In this document: piece after piece, positions 22,955-35,600 of the stretch
Numbering within the stretch: the first letter of the stretch is position 1
How the letters are laid out: every line of letters begins with the position of its first letter
NCBI GenBank assembly: GCA_963422205.2
Contig: CAXMWX010000005.1
Location: 772,316 to 836,315, forward strand
Length of the DNA stretch: 64,000 bases
Direction: 5' to 3'
Origin: Gammaproteobacteria bacterium
GTDB lineage: Bacteria; Pseudomonadota; Gammaproteobacteria; Eutrophobiales; Eutrophobiaceae
Notes under the pieces: generated by a model
Databases searched by the model: none
Seen by the model: the letters and a program-made list of their open reading frames with translations, nothing else
Told to the model about the DNA's origin: nothing
Program-made: the position numbers and the translations under genes

Positions 22955-25403
22955 CAGAGGTGGGCAACAACTAGTTACTATTTGAGTAATTGTAACGGTA
23001 ACTTTGTTACTTTTTTGAAACTGCAACGAAACCGGTAACTAGTTACAAAATTAGACCTGTAAAAGTTACAGTTACTTTTTTTAGTGACGACACACGCATG
23101 CTGGACTACGTTTCGGCTCACGCGTTAAGTTCAATACTCCTCTGCCCTCAAGCGCAGCTGTGGAAAGGCTGTTCACCCGAGGAAAAGACAATTTAAAACC
23201 AAAAAGAGCTGGTTTGACCGACGAGCATTTGGAGATGCTTGCCTTTTTGAAAGGTTAATTTTTGATAAATGAGTTGACGAATGTTGTTGTTTATATGAAA
23301 AGTTTAGCATAGGTGCAGTGGCGCCGCCGGGAAAAAACATTGGGGGGGACGAAATGACGTCATAACTTGTGATTTTTGCAGAGCTACACGAAAACATGAA
23401 TAAGACGATAAGACGCATTAGCTTTCCGTAGGTGTAGTTTAATCGGCATTCCTGAAGTAGGCTATTGCACTTCTTACTGTAATTTTTTTTTATTTCGAAA
23501 TTTTTCATCAAACCAACGTTCTAACTTTTGCAACTTTGTGACAAAAGTGAACAAAATCGCAAAAACTGCTAGATTTCCTTGTACCTTAAGTATACAAAGC
23601 TCTTAGAGCTCTATTATGATGTCACAATTAAATTTTCTCGAATTTTAACGGAAATTTAGAGCAAATAACAGCGAAACATCAAAATATCAAATTAGAATTA
23701 CTGTGGCTAGCTTACCCTAAAATCAGTAAAAATTGAAAAAAGGGGGGAGCATGTATTCCACATTTTTTCAGGCGTATTTTTTTCGGCACAACAAATTTGA
23801 AACTGATTGAGAAACAAAAAAAGCTTTAGGGGGGTCCGGGGCCATGCTCCCCCGGAAAAATTCGAAAAATTTGCATGCTGCGAATGGTTGTTTTAGCGCT
23901 TTTCGAATAATTTTCAGGCAAATTTTATTTGAATTTTTGACCTTAATTCTGAGTGTTTTGCAAAATTATTATCCTTAGCGAGCTCGTACTTTTCTAAGCG
24001 AGCTCGTACAGCGCATTGATCGCTTTCTCGTGATAGGAAGATAAATAATATGCAACTAAATACATTTACATTCGATACAACAGCTGGAAAAAATATACGG
24101 TGTCCATAACGTCTTGTTGCAATTTAAAAGAAATTTCTCTTTGTTTTGAATGCCACAGCAGAGTTCGTGGACTGTTCTCTTTTTTTGAAAAATATAGCAA
24201 AACATTTTTTTGCAATTTGACTCACAAAAAACATCGTCAAGCCCAATGAAAATTTACCGCAACATTAATTTATTGAAAAAAATTATCGGCGATGATTTAT
24301 CGATTACCGATATCGTTTAAAAAATTGATATTTATCGGTATCGCTTAAGGTTTTTTGAAATTATCGATTATCGTTATCGCTTTACTACAGAAAGGTTTAT
24401 CGTGCCCATCACTGATAGTGGTTGTGGGTCTGCAATCTGCATGCTTCAACGGTTAAACATTTTGTTACGCCTTCCTTTTTCTATAGGCCTACCAGCTTTT
24501 CATCCTTTGCTTACGTCTGAGTATGTTCTGCGCAGAAATAAACAACAACAAAAATATTGCTGAAGCGCAGTAAATTACATTCTGCTTTGGATTGCCAATC
24601 AATCTATGTATAATGAATACTTGCTAAAACTTAAAAGATTTCTGATTTTGAAAAACCCTCACTTGCACGCTGCTGCTTTAAATATCTCAAAACGTTACAC
24701 TATATAGCTTCGTGAAATTACAGTACGTGAAGCCAGGTATGATTTCACAAAGTATTGAAATATCTTAGGGGGCTTTTATAGTACAACAGCTGGTCATTGA
24801 TACGAAATGTAACCATTGTCTTTTACAGTAAGCAGCGATTGCTTCTGTTACATGAGTTTGCAAATTGCGAAATTAGGAATGTCAAAAAATATTAGAACAC
24901 GAGATGGAGCAAGACATTTTGTTACAAAAATTACATTGCCGAAAGCATCTGACGTAGCACATTGGGTTGACCGAGTGGTTGGTGCATTGGGCTCCGAAGC
25001 TGGCTTTGCGGGTTTGATGTTCAACTAAGTGATCTTTCTGATGCTTGTACTTCACTACCACAAAAATCCTAAACTGCAATTAAGTGGCTTGAAAAAAAAA
25101 AAAAAACGAAAGCATCTGACGTCACCCCCATCCCTTGAAAAAAAAAAACTCTGCGGTTCTAGGCGATGTGAAAAAATGATCAAAGAATTATTGTGGGGGC
25201 GGTCGCCCCCTCGTGGCGGCTCCCCTGCATAGATGATGGATGTAATCACAAGAGATAGAGAACTTAATGCTTTGGGGTAAAATTTTTGTTTATCGAAAGT
25301 AACGGTAACCAGTTACTTTTTCAAAACAGTGACTGTAACCTAGTTATTTTTTCCCAAGTAACTGTAACTAACTTACATTTAGAAAGTAACGGACCCACCA
25401 CTG
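22955..25403 (+). mobile_element. hAT deletion derivative retaining the transposase C-terminal dimerisation domain (23124-23258), with nested MITE and SINE fragments
   Basis: TIRs CAGAGGTGGG / CCCACCACTG, GTAAC subterminal arrays, TSD GACTTTTC/GGCTTTTC; peptide VKFNTPLPSSAAVERLFTRG...LTDEHLEMLAFLKG*. Confidence 0.8.
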
Positions 25404-26516
25404 GGCTTTTCTGCTCTGTGATGATTTGACACTAATTTTTACTGAATATGCTAGTAGGCCTAATCTTTTGAGCTAATTGTACAGCAATTAGTTTTGACTG
25501 GTTAGTAAACAAATCAATGCGACGCTTGTTTGTCTTCGACTCAGTTCTCTATAGCTCTATGCTAATGTAGGCCTATACTTTTTCCAAAACGTTGATTCGG
25601 CAAAAATTATGTAGTCTTACCCAATACGCCTAACTGCTTTTTTCTAAATTCAGAACAACAAAGTCAGCGTAAATCATTTGCTTTATTACGTAATGTCATT
25701 ATACACTATTTGCGTTAATGCATTGAAAATAATATGTACCAGCACACTAACAGCTGGTTATTTGCAAGAAAGTTAAGTTTAGTCAGGTTGTTAATCTGGA
25801 TTTAAATCAGTATTATTAAATGACATTTTAGTTTAAATACAATCTTTTTACCGTTCGATGTAGCCTACTAAAAATGTGTGGGCCTATTAATTTTTGCATC
25901 TTATTTTATTGTGTCATTGAGGAATTTAACCACGTCAAGTTTTTTGCTAGATGATATCATTTTTTTCACATAAAAACTGAAATTGCAGAACAAGAAAATG
26001 CAGCAGGCTGTGCCCCTAACACTAAATTTCATTGTAAAGAAAATTTGTTTTTGAAGGAATTAGTAATACTAACCTTTTCATTAAAAATCATTGTGCTTTA
26101 TGTTATTACAAATTTTAGATATTCATCGTTGATGCATTTGATGGCTATTTTGTCGAACAGCATAAGCACATTTCCTCAGTAAATAATTAATTTAAATAGT
26201 CTAAGTTTAAAAGCATCTTATATACAGTTCGATGTTACTGTAAGTAATAGTTGTAATACTCGATGTTACTGTAAGTAATACTTCATGGCAATACTGTAAT
26301 TCTCTTAGTAGCCTATTGATCGCAATCATGATAAATCAACAAAAATTGGTCAAAGTAGAAAAAGACAAATGATTCGTAGATTAACAAGACCACACATGGA
26401 CTAAGTTAATGTTTTGCGGAAGAATCTGCTAGACTGGGAGAGAGTTACAAATGTATAAAACTGAGTAAATACGTTTGTTTAAAAGCACCTATCATCCATG
26501 ACTATTGCATTTAGTA

Positions 26517-26693
26517 TTATTCTTGTGTGATGCTTTTCACCCAGTCCATCATCACCATCAAGTTTGTATAATAACCGGGAACTTGAGTGTCGACTCCTTG
26601 TACAGGAACTGTTTGGCCGCATCCCCAACCCCAGCTGACTATGCCAGCCTGGACCCAGCACCGCTTTATCTCGTCTCCGTCGAGATAAGCCAC
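26517..26693 (-). CDS. CFB: Bf-like terminal exon
   Basis: WVQAGIVSWGWGCG...PGYYTNL...WVKSITQE*. Confidence 0.92.
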   Translation of the reverse strand: MAYLDGDEIKRCWVQAGIVSWGWGCGQTVPVQGVDTQVPGYYTNLMVMMDWVKSITQE

Positions 26694-29600
26694 CTGAAAA
26701 AAATTTATCGCATTAATTTTGCGAAGATTAGGCTATTGACGAACACAAAAGGTATCCAGCTGAAAAGCCAAAACCTTCCTAAATTTTTTGTTATGCCGAT
26801 TTATACACGCTACATTGATGCCAGACGCGCAAAACCGCAAAATTACTTGGTTTTATCCCTCTTATTTAAAAAAATCCTGCCAGAATCTTGAATTAGAAGT
26901 GACTTCATTAATGATCATTCCGCTTACTTCTCGAACAAGCGGCCCACCGCTGTCTCCGTGGCATGAGTCAATATTTTGATTAGCAATTCCGCTAGAAGCA
27001 CATATCATTCTGTCAGAGAAAGGTATCCCAACACCGCCTTCCCACTGTATATGCCTGTCGGTAAACTCTCTGCACCTGTAACAAAGCAAAAAGCTGTTTT
27101 TACCCTTTAATTTTATTATGTAAAAATCGACTACTCTACTGGCCTAACAATAGTTACAGTATAACTGGACAGAAATTGTCGAATCTATTTGCTGTGAACG
27201 AAACATGTGCAAATTGTGCATCCTTTTCTGTAAAGTCTTTAGAAGTTTAAGTCGACCAAATTTCACACAAATCTATTTGTTGACGACACTGTTTTATTAA
27301 TGAAAGATAAAAATGTTAATAATTTGCGAAAAATGGTAAATGAAGAACTTCAATTAATTGATAACTGGATGAAATTTAATCGTCTGTCCTTGAATTGCGC
27401 TAAATTTGCATTTTTTCCAACTGGTTTAAACCAAAAAAATAATTTTTTTGAAAACTTTTCGATCAATGTAGGAGGTTCTGATATTTTATGCGTAGAAACA
27501 GCGAGATACTTAGGAATTGTAGTAGACAGATCCCTAGCATGAACTAATCAAGTTATAAACAAAATTGCCAAAGCAGCTGGAGCCTTATCAAAAGCGCAAG
27601 ACATTACGTCAATAAGAAAATGATGGTTCAACTCTATCAGGAGCGTATTTAGGGGGGTATTGGGCCATGTCCTCCCCCCTTTTGAATGAGCCTTTTTAGT
27701 AAAAGAACAAAATTAATGATGCCAAGTGACTGAAATATGCCACACTTTTTTGATGGTTTCTGTAGCTTATGGCCAGGAGCGGATACAGGGGGTTAGGATA
27801 AGGGGTTTGCATCCTCCCACTAGCCATTTTCAAAAATGTTTTTGATGTATACAATTTTTTCATAATTTCGAACCTCTTTGATAGCAATAAGCCTTACGCC
27901 TTAAGCATGCATAATCGAAAATGTGCGAATAAAATGCATCATATTTGGCGAAGCACTCAAAATAAGTGAAGCAATTTAAACAAAACGTGCCTAAAAATTA
28001 TTCAAAAAGCACTAAAATAGCTGTTACAGCATTTGAATTTTTAAAAATTTTCCAGAGGAGCATGCCCCCGGACCCCCCTAGAGCTTTTATTGCTTCTCAA
28101 TCAGCTTCCAGTTTGTTTTGCCGAAAAAAATACGAAAAAAAATGTAGAAATTATGGCTCTTTTTTTAAATTTCTCGCTACGCTACTGACCTCTATTACAG
28201 TTTTTTGTATTCTTACCGAAAATACGGCATTGTAGCATGGGGGATATCAACAGAAAATTAACCAAGTAAGTCCAAATATTACAAAACAAAAATTTAAGGA
28301 TTATTAAATTCATCCATTTTAATACAAATGCTAATGCTTTTTGTGATTATCTAAATGAAATCTTATCAGACCTCAACATGAACAAAAATATTTTTTGTAC
28401 TCAGTGATATAAATATCCAATTATCCATTTTTCAAGTAAATCCTCAAGCTCTGCTAAGGCTACGGACTGTTTAAACATGTTAAATGCCAACTGTTCCACC
28501 TCTATTATAAACAATCCTTCAAGAATAACATCCAGCTCTGCAACAGTGTTGGATCACGTTATTACCAATGAAAACAGGCATGAAATACTTCCTTCTGTAG
28601 TAAAGTATGATATTACTGATCATTTTCCAATTATAACTATCATAAAAAATAATTTTATCTCCAAACCAAATCAACAAAGGTTATAGTTAGATCTTACAAT
28701 AAATTTAACAGTAAAAATTTTAATAATGATTTATTTTCCTAACTAGAAAGTTTTGTCCCTAAATTGAATACTGTGACCGGAGAATATATTAATTATTATC
28801 TATTTAAACTATATTATTCTTTGATAACTAAAACCATTGATATGCATATCCACTTAAAAAGCTCTCTAGAAAGCAACGGCGATTAAAATCCAAACCCTTG
28901 ATTACTGTAGGCCTTCTGATATCAATAAAAAGAAAACAGAAGCTGCATAAATCACATTTTATTAATGGATCTCCGATAGCAAAAAACTACTACAAGGTTT
29001 ATTCGAATACTTTAACTAAAATTAAAGATCTTGCAAAGAAATTGTATTACCGTCAAAAGTTAAATAAGTAGCCTATAAAAATAACCCCTCAAAAACGTTG
29101 AAAATCTTGCGCACTATTCAAACACAATTCCTCAACTCCTAATCTTATTACTGTAAACAATTCATTAATTTCGGATTTGAATGAAATCGCATAAGAATTT
29201 AACATTCATTTTTCCAGTGTTGGCAAGTCTGTGACAGCCAGTCTAAACAGGCTAATGACACGAATACAGATGAAAGGATATATTTAAAAAATCCCTGTCT
29301 TAATTCTATCTATTTGCAACCAACAACACCAACGAAATTATGCAGCAAATTAATGCTTTAAAGTTGAATGAAGTTAGGGGCCATGATGACATTGATGTAC
29401 ACTTTCTAAAAGTTGTTTCTCTTATTCTTGCTCATCCTTTGTCAATTATGCTAAATCATTGCTTAATTTTGGGTATATTTCCAAACAAACTAAAACTTGC
29501 GAAGGTTGTTCCTGTTTTTAAAAAAGGATCTAGGCTACTGATCAACTAAATTCTTATAGACCCATTTCGCTTTTAACTTCCCTATCAAAACCTTTTGAGC

Positions 29601-32600
29601 GCATCATTTATAATAGGTTTCTATCTCTTTGTGAACGCAGTAAAATCATTATATCAACTCAGTAAGGCTTTAGGCATCATCTAGAGCCGGCGCCAGAGCA
29701 GTCGACCTAGGGGGCCAAAGTTTGAAATTAAGCACAAAAGCCGCTGTTTTTAAAAGAGTAAGCTTGTTAATTGGGGGGGGAGGGCATGCCAATCGGGGGG
29801 CCAGGCCCCCCTAGGCGCCGGCCCTGGCATCATCACTCTACTTTACATCCTATATTAGACCTAATCACATCTTGCTTTGATAATATTAACAATAAGCAAT
29901 ATTGTTCTTTATTTTTTTTTAATATTAGAAAGGCATTTGATTCAGCATCACATGTTAAGTTAATCAAAAACTGGAGCACTATGGTATCCGAGGTGTGGCC
30001 AAATCTTTGTTTGAATCGTATTTGCATGATAGAAAACAATTCGTTTCTATTACTATTGCTGATGCCAATTAATCTGATAAAATAATTGAATATGGAGTTC
30101 CTCAAGGATCTATTCTAGGTAAACTTAACGTCAGACCGATCCACTCAGCTGACAAGTGCCCGGTATATCTACATGTCCCATGGCTAGGAAACGTTTCGAC
30201 GAGGTTCGAAAAACAAATCAGCTCTGCAGTCAACTGCTACTGTTTTGCCGTCAAACCACGAGTTGCTTTTACAACCCAACAGCTCTTGCCATCTCGAAGA
30301 AAGACGTGTTGTCTTCCCATCATTGTAGCAATCTCGTTTACCTATTTGTGTGCCACTGTGATAGTCGGTACGTTGATCTCACGTCTCAACGTCTTCAAGA
30401 GCGTATCAAACAACACATTCCTAAATTCACCAACTCAACCAGCCGAAAAAGCCTTCTTCGCCGGTGTAAAGCCAAAAGTTTTTCTCGGCAATTTCATGAG
30501 TCTGCTATTGGTCAACATCTACTTGATAACCCTGAATGTGCTTCTCATTACAATGTCGACAAATTTTTAATTCTTGCCCGAGGTCGTTCTCACTTTCATC
30601 TTGCCGCCTTAGAAGCTACTTTTATTAAACCTCTCAAACCTATTCTCTGCAAACAAAAACAATTCGTTTATTCTTTGAAACTATCTTAACTCTCTTTCCC
30701 TTGACTTTCAAGCCAATCAGAGCTCGTCCGTCAAAAGATTTCTATTGGCTACCTCTAACCAACCAATCAGAGTTCTCTATTTCTAACCAATCAGAACTTT
30801 TTTTTTCCTTTATAAATCAGTTCGGTTCACTTATTCTTCATTCTGACGATTTCCCCTGAAGAGTGTCGGATGAAAAGCTTCGGGAAAACGAATCTTTTCC
30901 TTCAAGCCATCTTCAAATTCTGTACCACAAAACGTCTGTTCAAAAATTATTATATCACCACTGTAAAATGGAATAGGCTGTTGTTTTGCTAGGATGCATT
31001 TAGCAACAACATGCACAAAGTATATACTGTAAGTTTTAGTTATTAGTTAACGTCGTGCATTGTTGTTAACCGCCATGCCAAGAGGGTACGAATTCGTACA
31101 GCTGCTGTTTTAATAATTATAATTCATTCTTTCAACAAAGTGCTTACTTATTGTTTTCCAACAGCTTGAGTAATCCTTGTTGTAAAGTTTCTGATAGCAA
31201 AATTGCCGACCGACTGCTAGGAACAGGATTGCTCCGTTCTTCGGTAGATCCAAATCCCGTTACTACAGCCAGAAGCGATTTATCTGCTACTCCAGTTTCA
31301 AGAATAACTTCACCTAAAATCAGTTTGTACTGCATTTAGTAAAAATTCTTCGCAGGTATTTATCAAAGAGAAACATCAAAGTTTTTGTTATTTCGTGTGA
31401 CCTTCGTAGCTTAGTTGCAATTTTTATAATAGCTCTTATTTCAAAAACTCAGATGGCCGATTGGTAAGAGCGTACGCCTCTGGAGCTGCTGTAGACTAAA
31501 GTTTGACTCCGAGTCGGGTCAAAGCAATAACTTTATAATTGGTACTCATAGCTTCTCTGCCTGACGTTCCGCATTGAAGAGGCAGTGTGGAGAACAAGCC
31601 GGCAAGTTTACTTGTTGTGCCGCTGGGAAAAGCTCTCAGCGGGATTCCCCATTTTGGTGTGGTAGACAGATGGCCGGCAACTTCTAAACGAGCTCGTTGT
31701 AGCGCTGTGATCGCAGATCTCGTGATAGGAGGATAGATGTGCAACTAATACAATACAATGACTCCCGAAGCAGCGACTTTGAATTGAACCAAAACTAAAA
31801 TCGGACTTGACGTAAGCGAAGGCGATGTTTAGACACGACTTGATCTGAATGACTTCAGAGGCTCAATTGAATTAAACTCATTTCGCGACAAAATTCACTC
31901 TTAAGTAATGTACCGGTAACGTAATGAAAAAGTATTTGATTAAAGTTTAGTTTAATAGCTACAAAAATATTTGCTAAGCAAGTAAAAAACACATGACATT
32001 ACATTCTTTTATTGTATTTATTTATTTATTTTGTATCAGACACAATAATCGGTCTCAAACATTGCTAAAACCGCTTAGTCCAGAGAAAAATAAAATAAGA
32101 AACAAAAACGCAAAAAAAGCATTTTTACAAAGAATCGCTCTCAAAAAAAGGCAGACAGCGGTTTTGCAGCATACGTAAGATTATTGTAATTGATAAAAAA
32201 GACTGAATCATAATAACACCCTAATGACATCACAGCTCGAATAAATTTGTTAACTGTACTGGAGCAACGGCGAACGAATGAAAAAGTGTATTTGCGTAAA
32301 ATATCATCAAAAGTGTTAACACCATGTTCTATGTGTAATGTTCGAGCACTGCAGCATTGTGACAAATTGTGGAGAATTAGCATTTAAGTGAAGAACTTTT
32401 ATGTCCTCTTTTTGTTTTTTTTCTGGCATGAATGCAGTGGGCTAGGCCCAACTGGTTTCGAAAGCTCTGAGCACAGTGAGCAAATGTACAAAATGATATA
32501 CCGGTTACTTAACTAGACTCCGTTAAAATACTAGGGGCTAGGCTATTCAGTTTGCTTACTCAAAGCGTTTCGCCAATTGACATGAGCTGCTATAGTTACA

Positions 32601-35600
32601 GTGGAAGTAATTACTTGCGATTTGCTTTGAGACTAACTATATCGTTCGAAAAGAACAAAAACTTACTCTCTATTCTACATCGTTCCGAAGAATTTTCATT
32701 TCCTGTTATCAAATTTTCCTGAAGTAAATACTGACTTAGACAAGCGCTTTCAGCGCAGGGAAGGCAAACTGGTCTTATAAAAGCGGTGTAATTGATAAAA
32801 CCACCCATGCCGGTCGACTCCAGCCTGCCAAAGACTGTCTGAACGTACCGCGTTCCAACTTTGATCTAAAGAGTTAAAAAATGTTGAGGCTGTTTTGAGA
32901 TAATATCAGTGATACAGTAGAAGCTCTTCATGATGAAACCAGTGTGATGCTATTGATTGACGCGTGCAGAGCTGTAACATGCCGACCAGTTTTGGATCAA
33001 ACCGGACTGAAAGTGAAGTTCGATTTAAAACACTTAAATGTTAGATTTTTTATTTCTTCAAATGGGCTTTGAGGTTTTGGTAACCAATTATCGCAGTCAA
33101 AAACAACAAGTTATTTCGAGCTGAAAAAAGGTGGTGGCATGTTTGCCGCACACTTGACCCAAATGAGATTTTCTCAAACTTAGACGGTAATCTGATTCAA
33201 AAAATCAAGGCCGACTTACAACTTTGACAACGTGTTTATGCAAACAGTGCATTATGTAAACAATTTGAATTGATACCAATTTAATGCACATAAAGATTTA
33301 CCAAGGCGATATCGTAGTCAAACTTAAAATTATTGAATTGTGGATGAGCGTGGTACTCGCTGGCTACGTAAGTTTCCACTTGTGGGGCCAACAGTTCACC
33401 AAGGTTAGGTCGTTTATGTAGCCCTGAACAAAATATAACTTTAAAGATTAGGCATAGGCTTGAGCTATTTTAAAATAAGTCATTGGCATTTTTATTCAAA
33501 TTCTCGTCTTGTTTCCTATCAATTACTTAAATTAGCTCTTAAAAAACAGCAAAAACTTCCATTTACAAAGTGAACTAGGCGAATAACCAGGAGCAGAGTC
33601 AATGGTTTCCAAATCTCATCACCCTGAAATATGAAGGCCTATTTTGCAAAAACTCAGAAATAAAACTGTATGGGCAGAACAGACGTTTAGGCAATAGTTT
33701 TCTTTTTATGTAGGCCTACTGTAGTTACAAAATTGACTTTCTGTAAAAGCGTACTATTGAAAAGTTACCGAATGTCAGTAAAATTCGATCAAGCCAGTTT
33801 CGATCTTGATAATCGTTAGCAAACAAGTGAGCAGCCGTCAAAACCCATCGATGATTGATCAAACTGCCTCCGCCGATAAAATTCCGGGTTGCATATGCCT
33901 GAAATGCATTACAGTAACATTGTTCATCACAAAGCACGCCTTCAGATGAATTTTCAGCTTCCATTGTTTCAAAGTAGCTGCCACATTTTAGGATGGTAAA
34001 GCAACCCGAAGGCAGCAGACAGACAACAGCAGCCAAATAATTACCGTACTGATGTTGGTGAGCCTATAAAAGTCGTCTCAGAACCCGTTGGCAGAATTGA
34101 GACCTCGGTTGGGTATCATCACGAAATTCCACAAAAGCATCTATCTCTTACTGCCAGAAAATGAGATAGTTATACCATAGTCCGTGACCGTGGTTATACT
34201 TATGAAATTCTGTTCCACCCAAGACCAATGAGAGGGAGTGCAGGGGGGCAAATAACCCCTGGATCCACAAACGGACATTAAGATTTTTGCGAGGTGACAT
34301 ATCACGCTTGCTTTAACTCTACATTGAAATAAAGCTTTAGCTTTGGGTCCTTGATAAGTTCGGAAAATGTGGGACGTGGGTCCTTGATAGGTTTGGAAAA
34401 TATGGGACTTTGATCAGGAATGCATACAGATTTGGAATGTATTTTGTGTTTAAAATGCAAAATACGTATTTGAAATACAAAATGGGCCTACTGCATGTAT
34501 TTTGTGTTTGTATTTTACATTTATTTTAATGTATTTTGTATTTAAATACTTTTTACAACAAGTATTTGTAATTCGTATTTTAGATACATTTGTTCCACGC
34601 AATCGATAACAAATAACCCGGAACAAAGCTGCCGCCCGAAATAAAAACGCCGTATCTAGAACTAATTTCCCTTTTTTCTAAATTTTAATAGTACTCGAAA
34701 AGCTATATCTTGTAGAGTTTTTGGATTTTTAAAATTTGCTTTGGTTCAAATGTTTTTTGTTTTTCGAAAAATTATTTTCAAAGTATTTTGAAATGTAATT
34801 AAACATTGTTAAAGTATTTGTATTTTGTAGTTACTAGTATTGCCGAAAAGTATTTTGTATTTGTATTCAAATACTTTATCGTCAATCCATTTTGTATTTG
34901 CATTTAAATACATTTGGAGAGTATTTTGCCCAAGTCTGATTGTAGGCCTATACAATGAACCCGGGCGGCGTTTTTTTAACCAAATGGAATTTAATGCACT
35001 AAATGACAAAAACTTAAGGGCTTCGTCTCATGCCCTGTGACTGTGAGTGCACAGTTGCTCTGAGCGCTCGTCTACTAACAAATGCATAACTAGTTTACCG
35101 TGGCTTAAGCACATGTTGTACGAAACAAGTTTTTATCAAATTTGCATGTAAGCACTTCGCCCACGATCTCGATTGTTTTCGTCTTCAGCATCTACTAATA
35201 TTTCCGCAGCTGTTCGTTTGGCTACCTGCTGATTGATGAGTTAATAAAAAATGACGCAAGAGTCACAGTCTATATATGGATATCATTAAAATGCTTAGAC
35301 ATGAAGAAGCCCGTGTGGAAGGTTGGTCATAAGACCTGAAACCGGGCAAAAAAAGCTAATTTCAATAAAATTGTGAAAGAATGTACTTCGTACATTGAAC
35401 GCACAGTACACTCGACTCACACATTGCTATCATTTTGTCATACAACCGGATAAATGATAGGCCTTGAAGACTTACTAAATAAACGCTGTAAACACCAATT
35501 CGACGAGAAGTTTCGCGGTTTGATCGCTCATCAGGTAGACTCAGGTTTTGAGCCCAGGACCTTGTGATTGCGAGGTTTATTTCCCTCACCACTCGGCCAC

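Larger units (their letters stand above)
30121..30955 (+). mobile_element. 5'-truncated Penelope-like element: GIY-YIG endonuclease end plus pseudo-LTR
   Basis: LVYLFVCHCDSRYVDLTSQRLQERIKQH...SAIGQHL...LEATFIKPLKPILCKQK; downstream CCAAT boxes, TATA and hammerhead motif. Confidence 0.85.

Noticed and set aside
35305-35350. Possible ninth hammerhead (GCCCG...GGTCATAAGACCTGAAACCGGGC)
   Set aside because: The CUGANGA core is absent; at most a decayed remnant.
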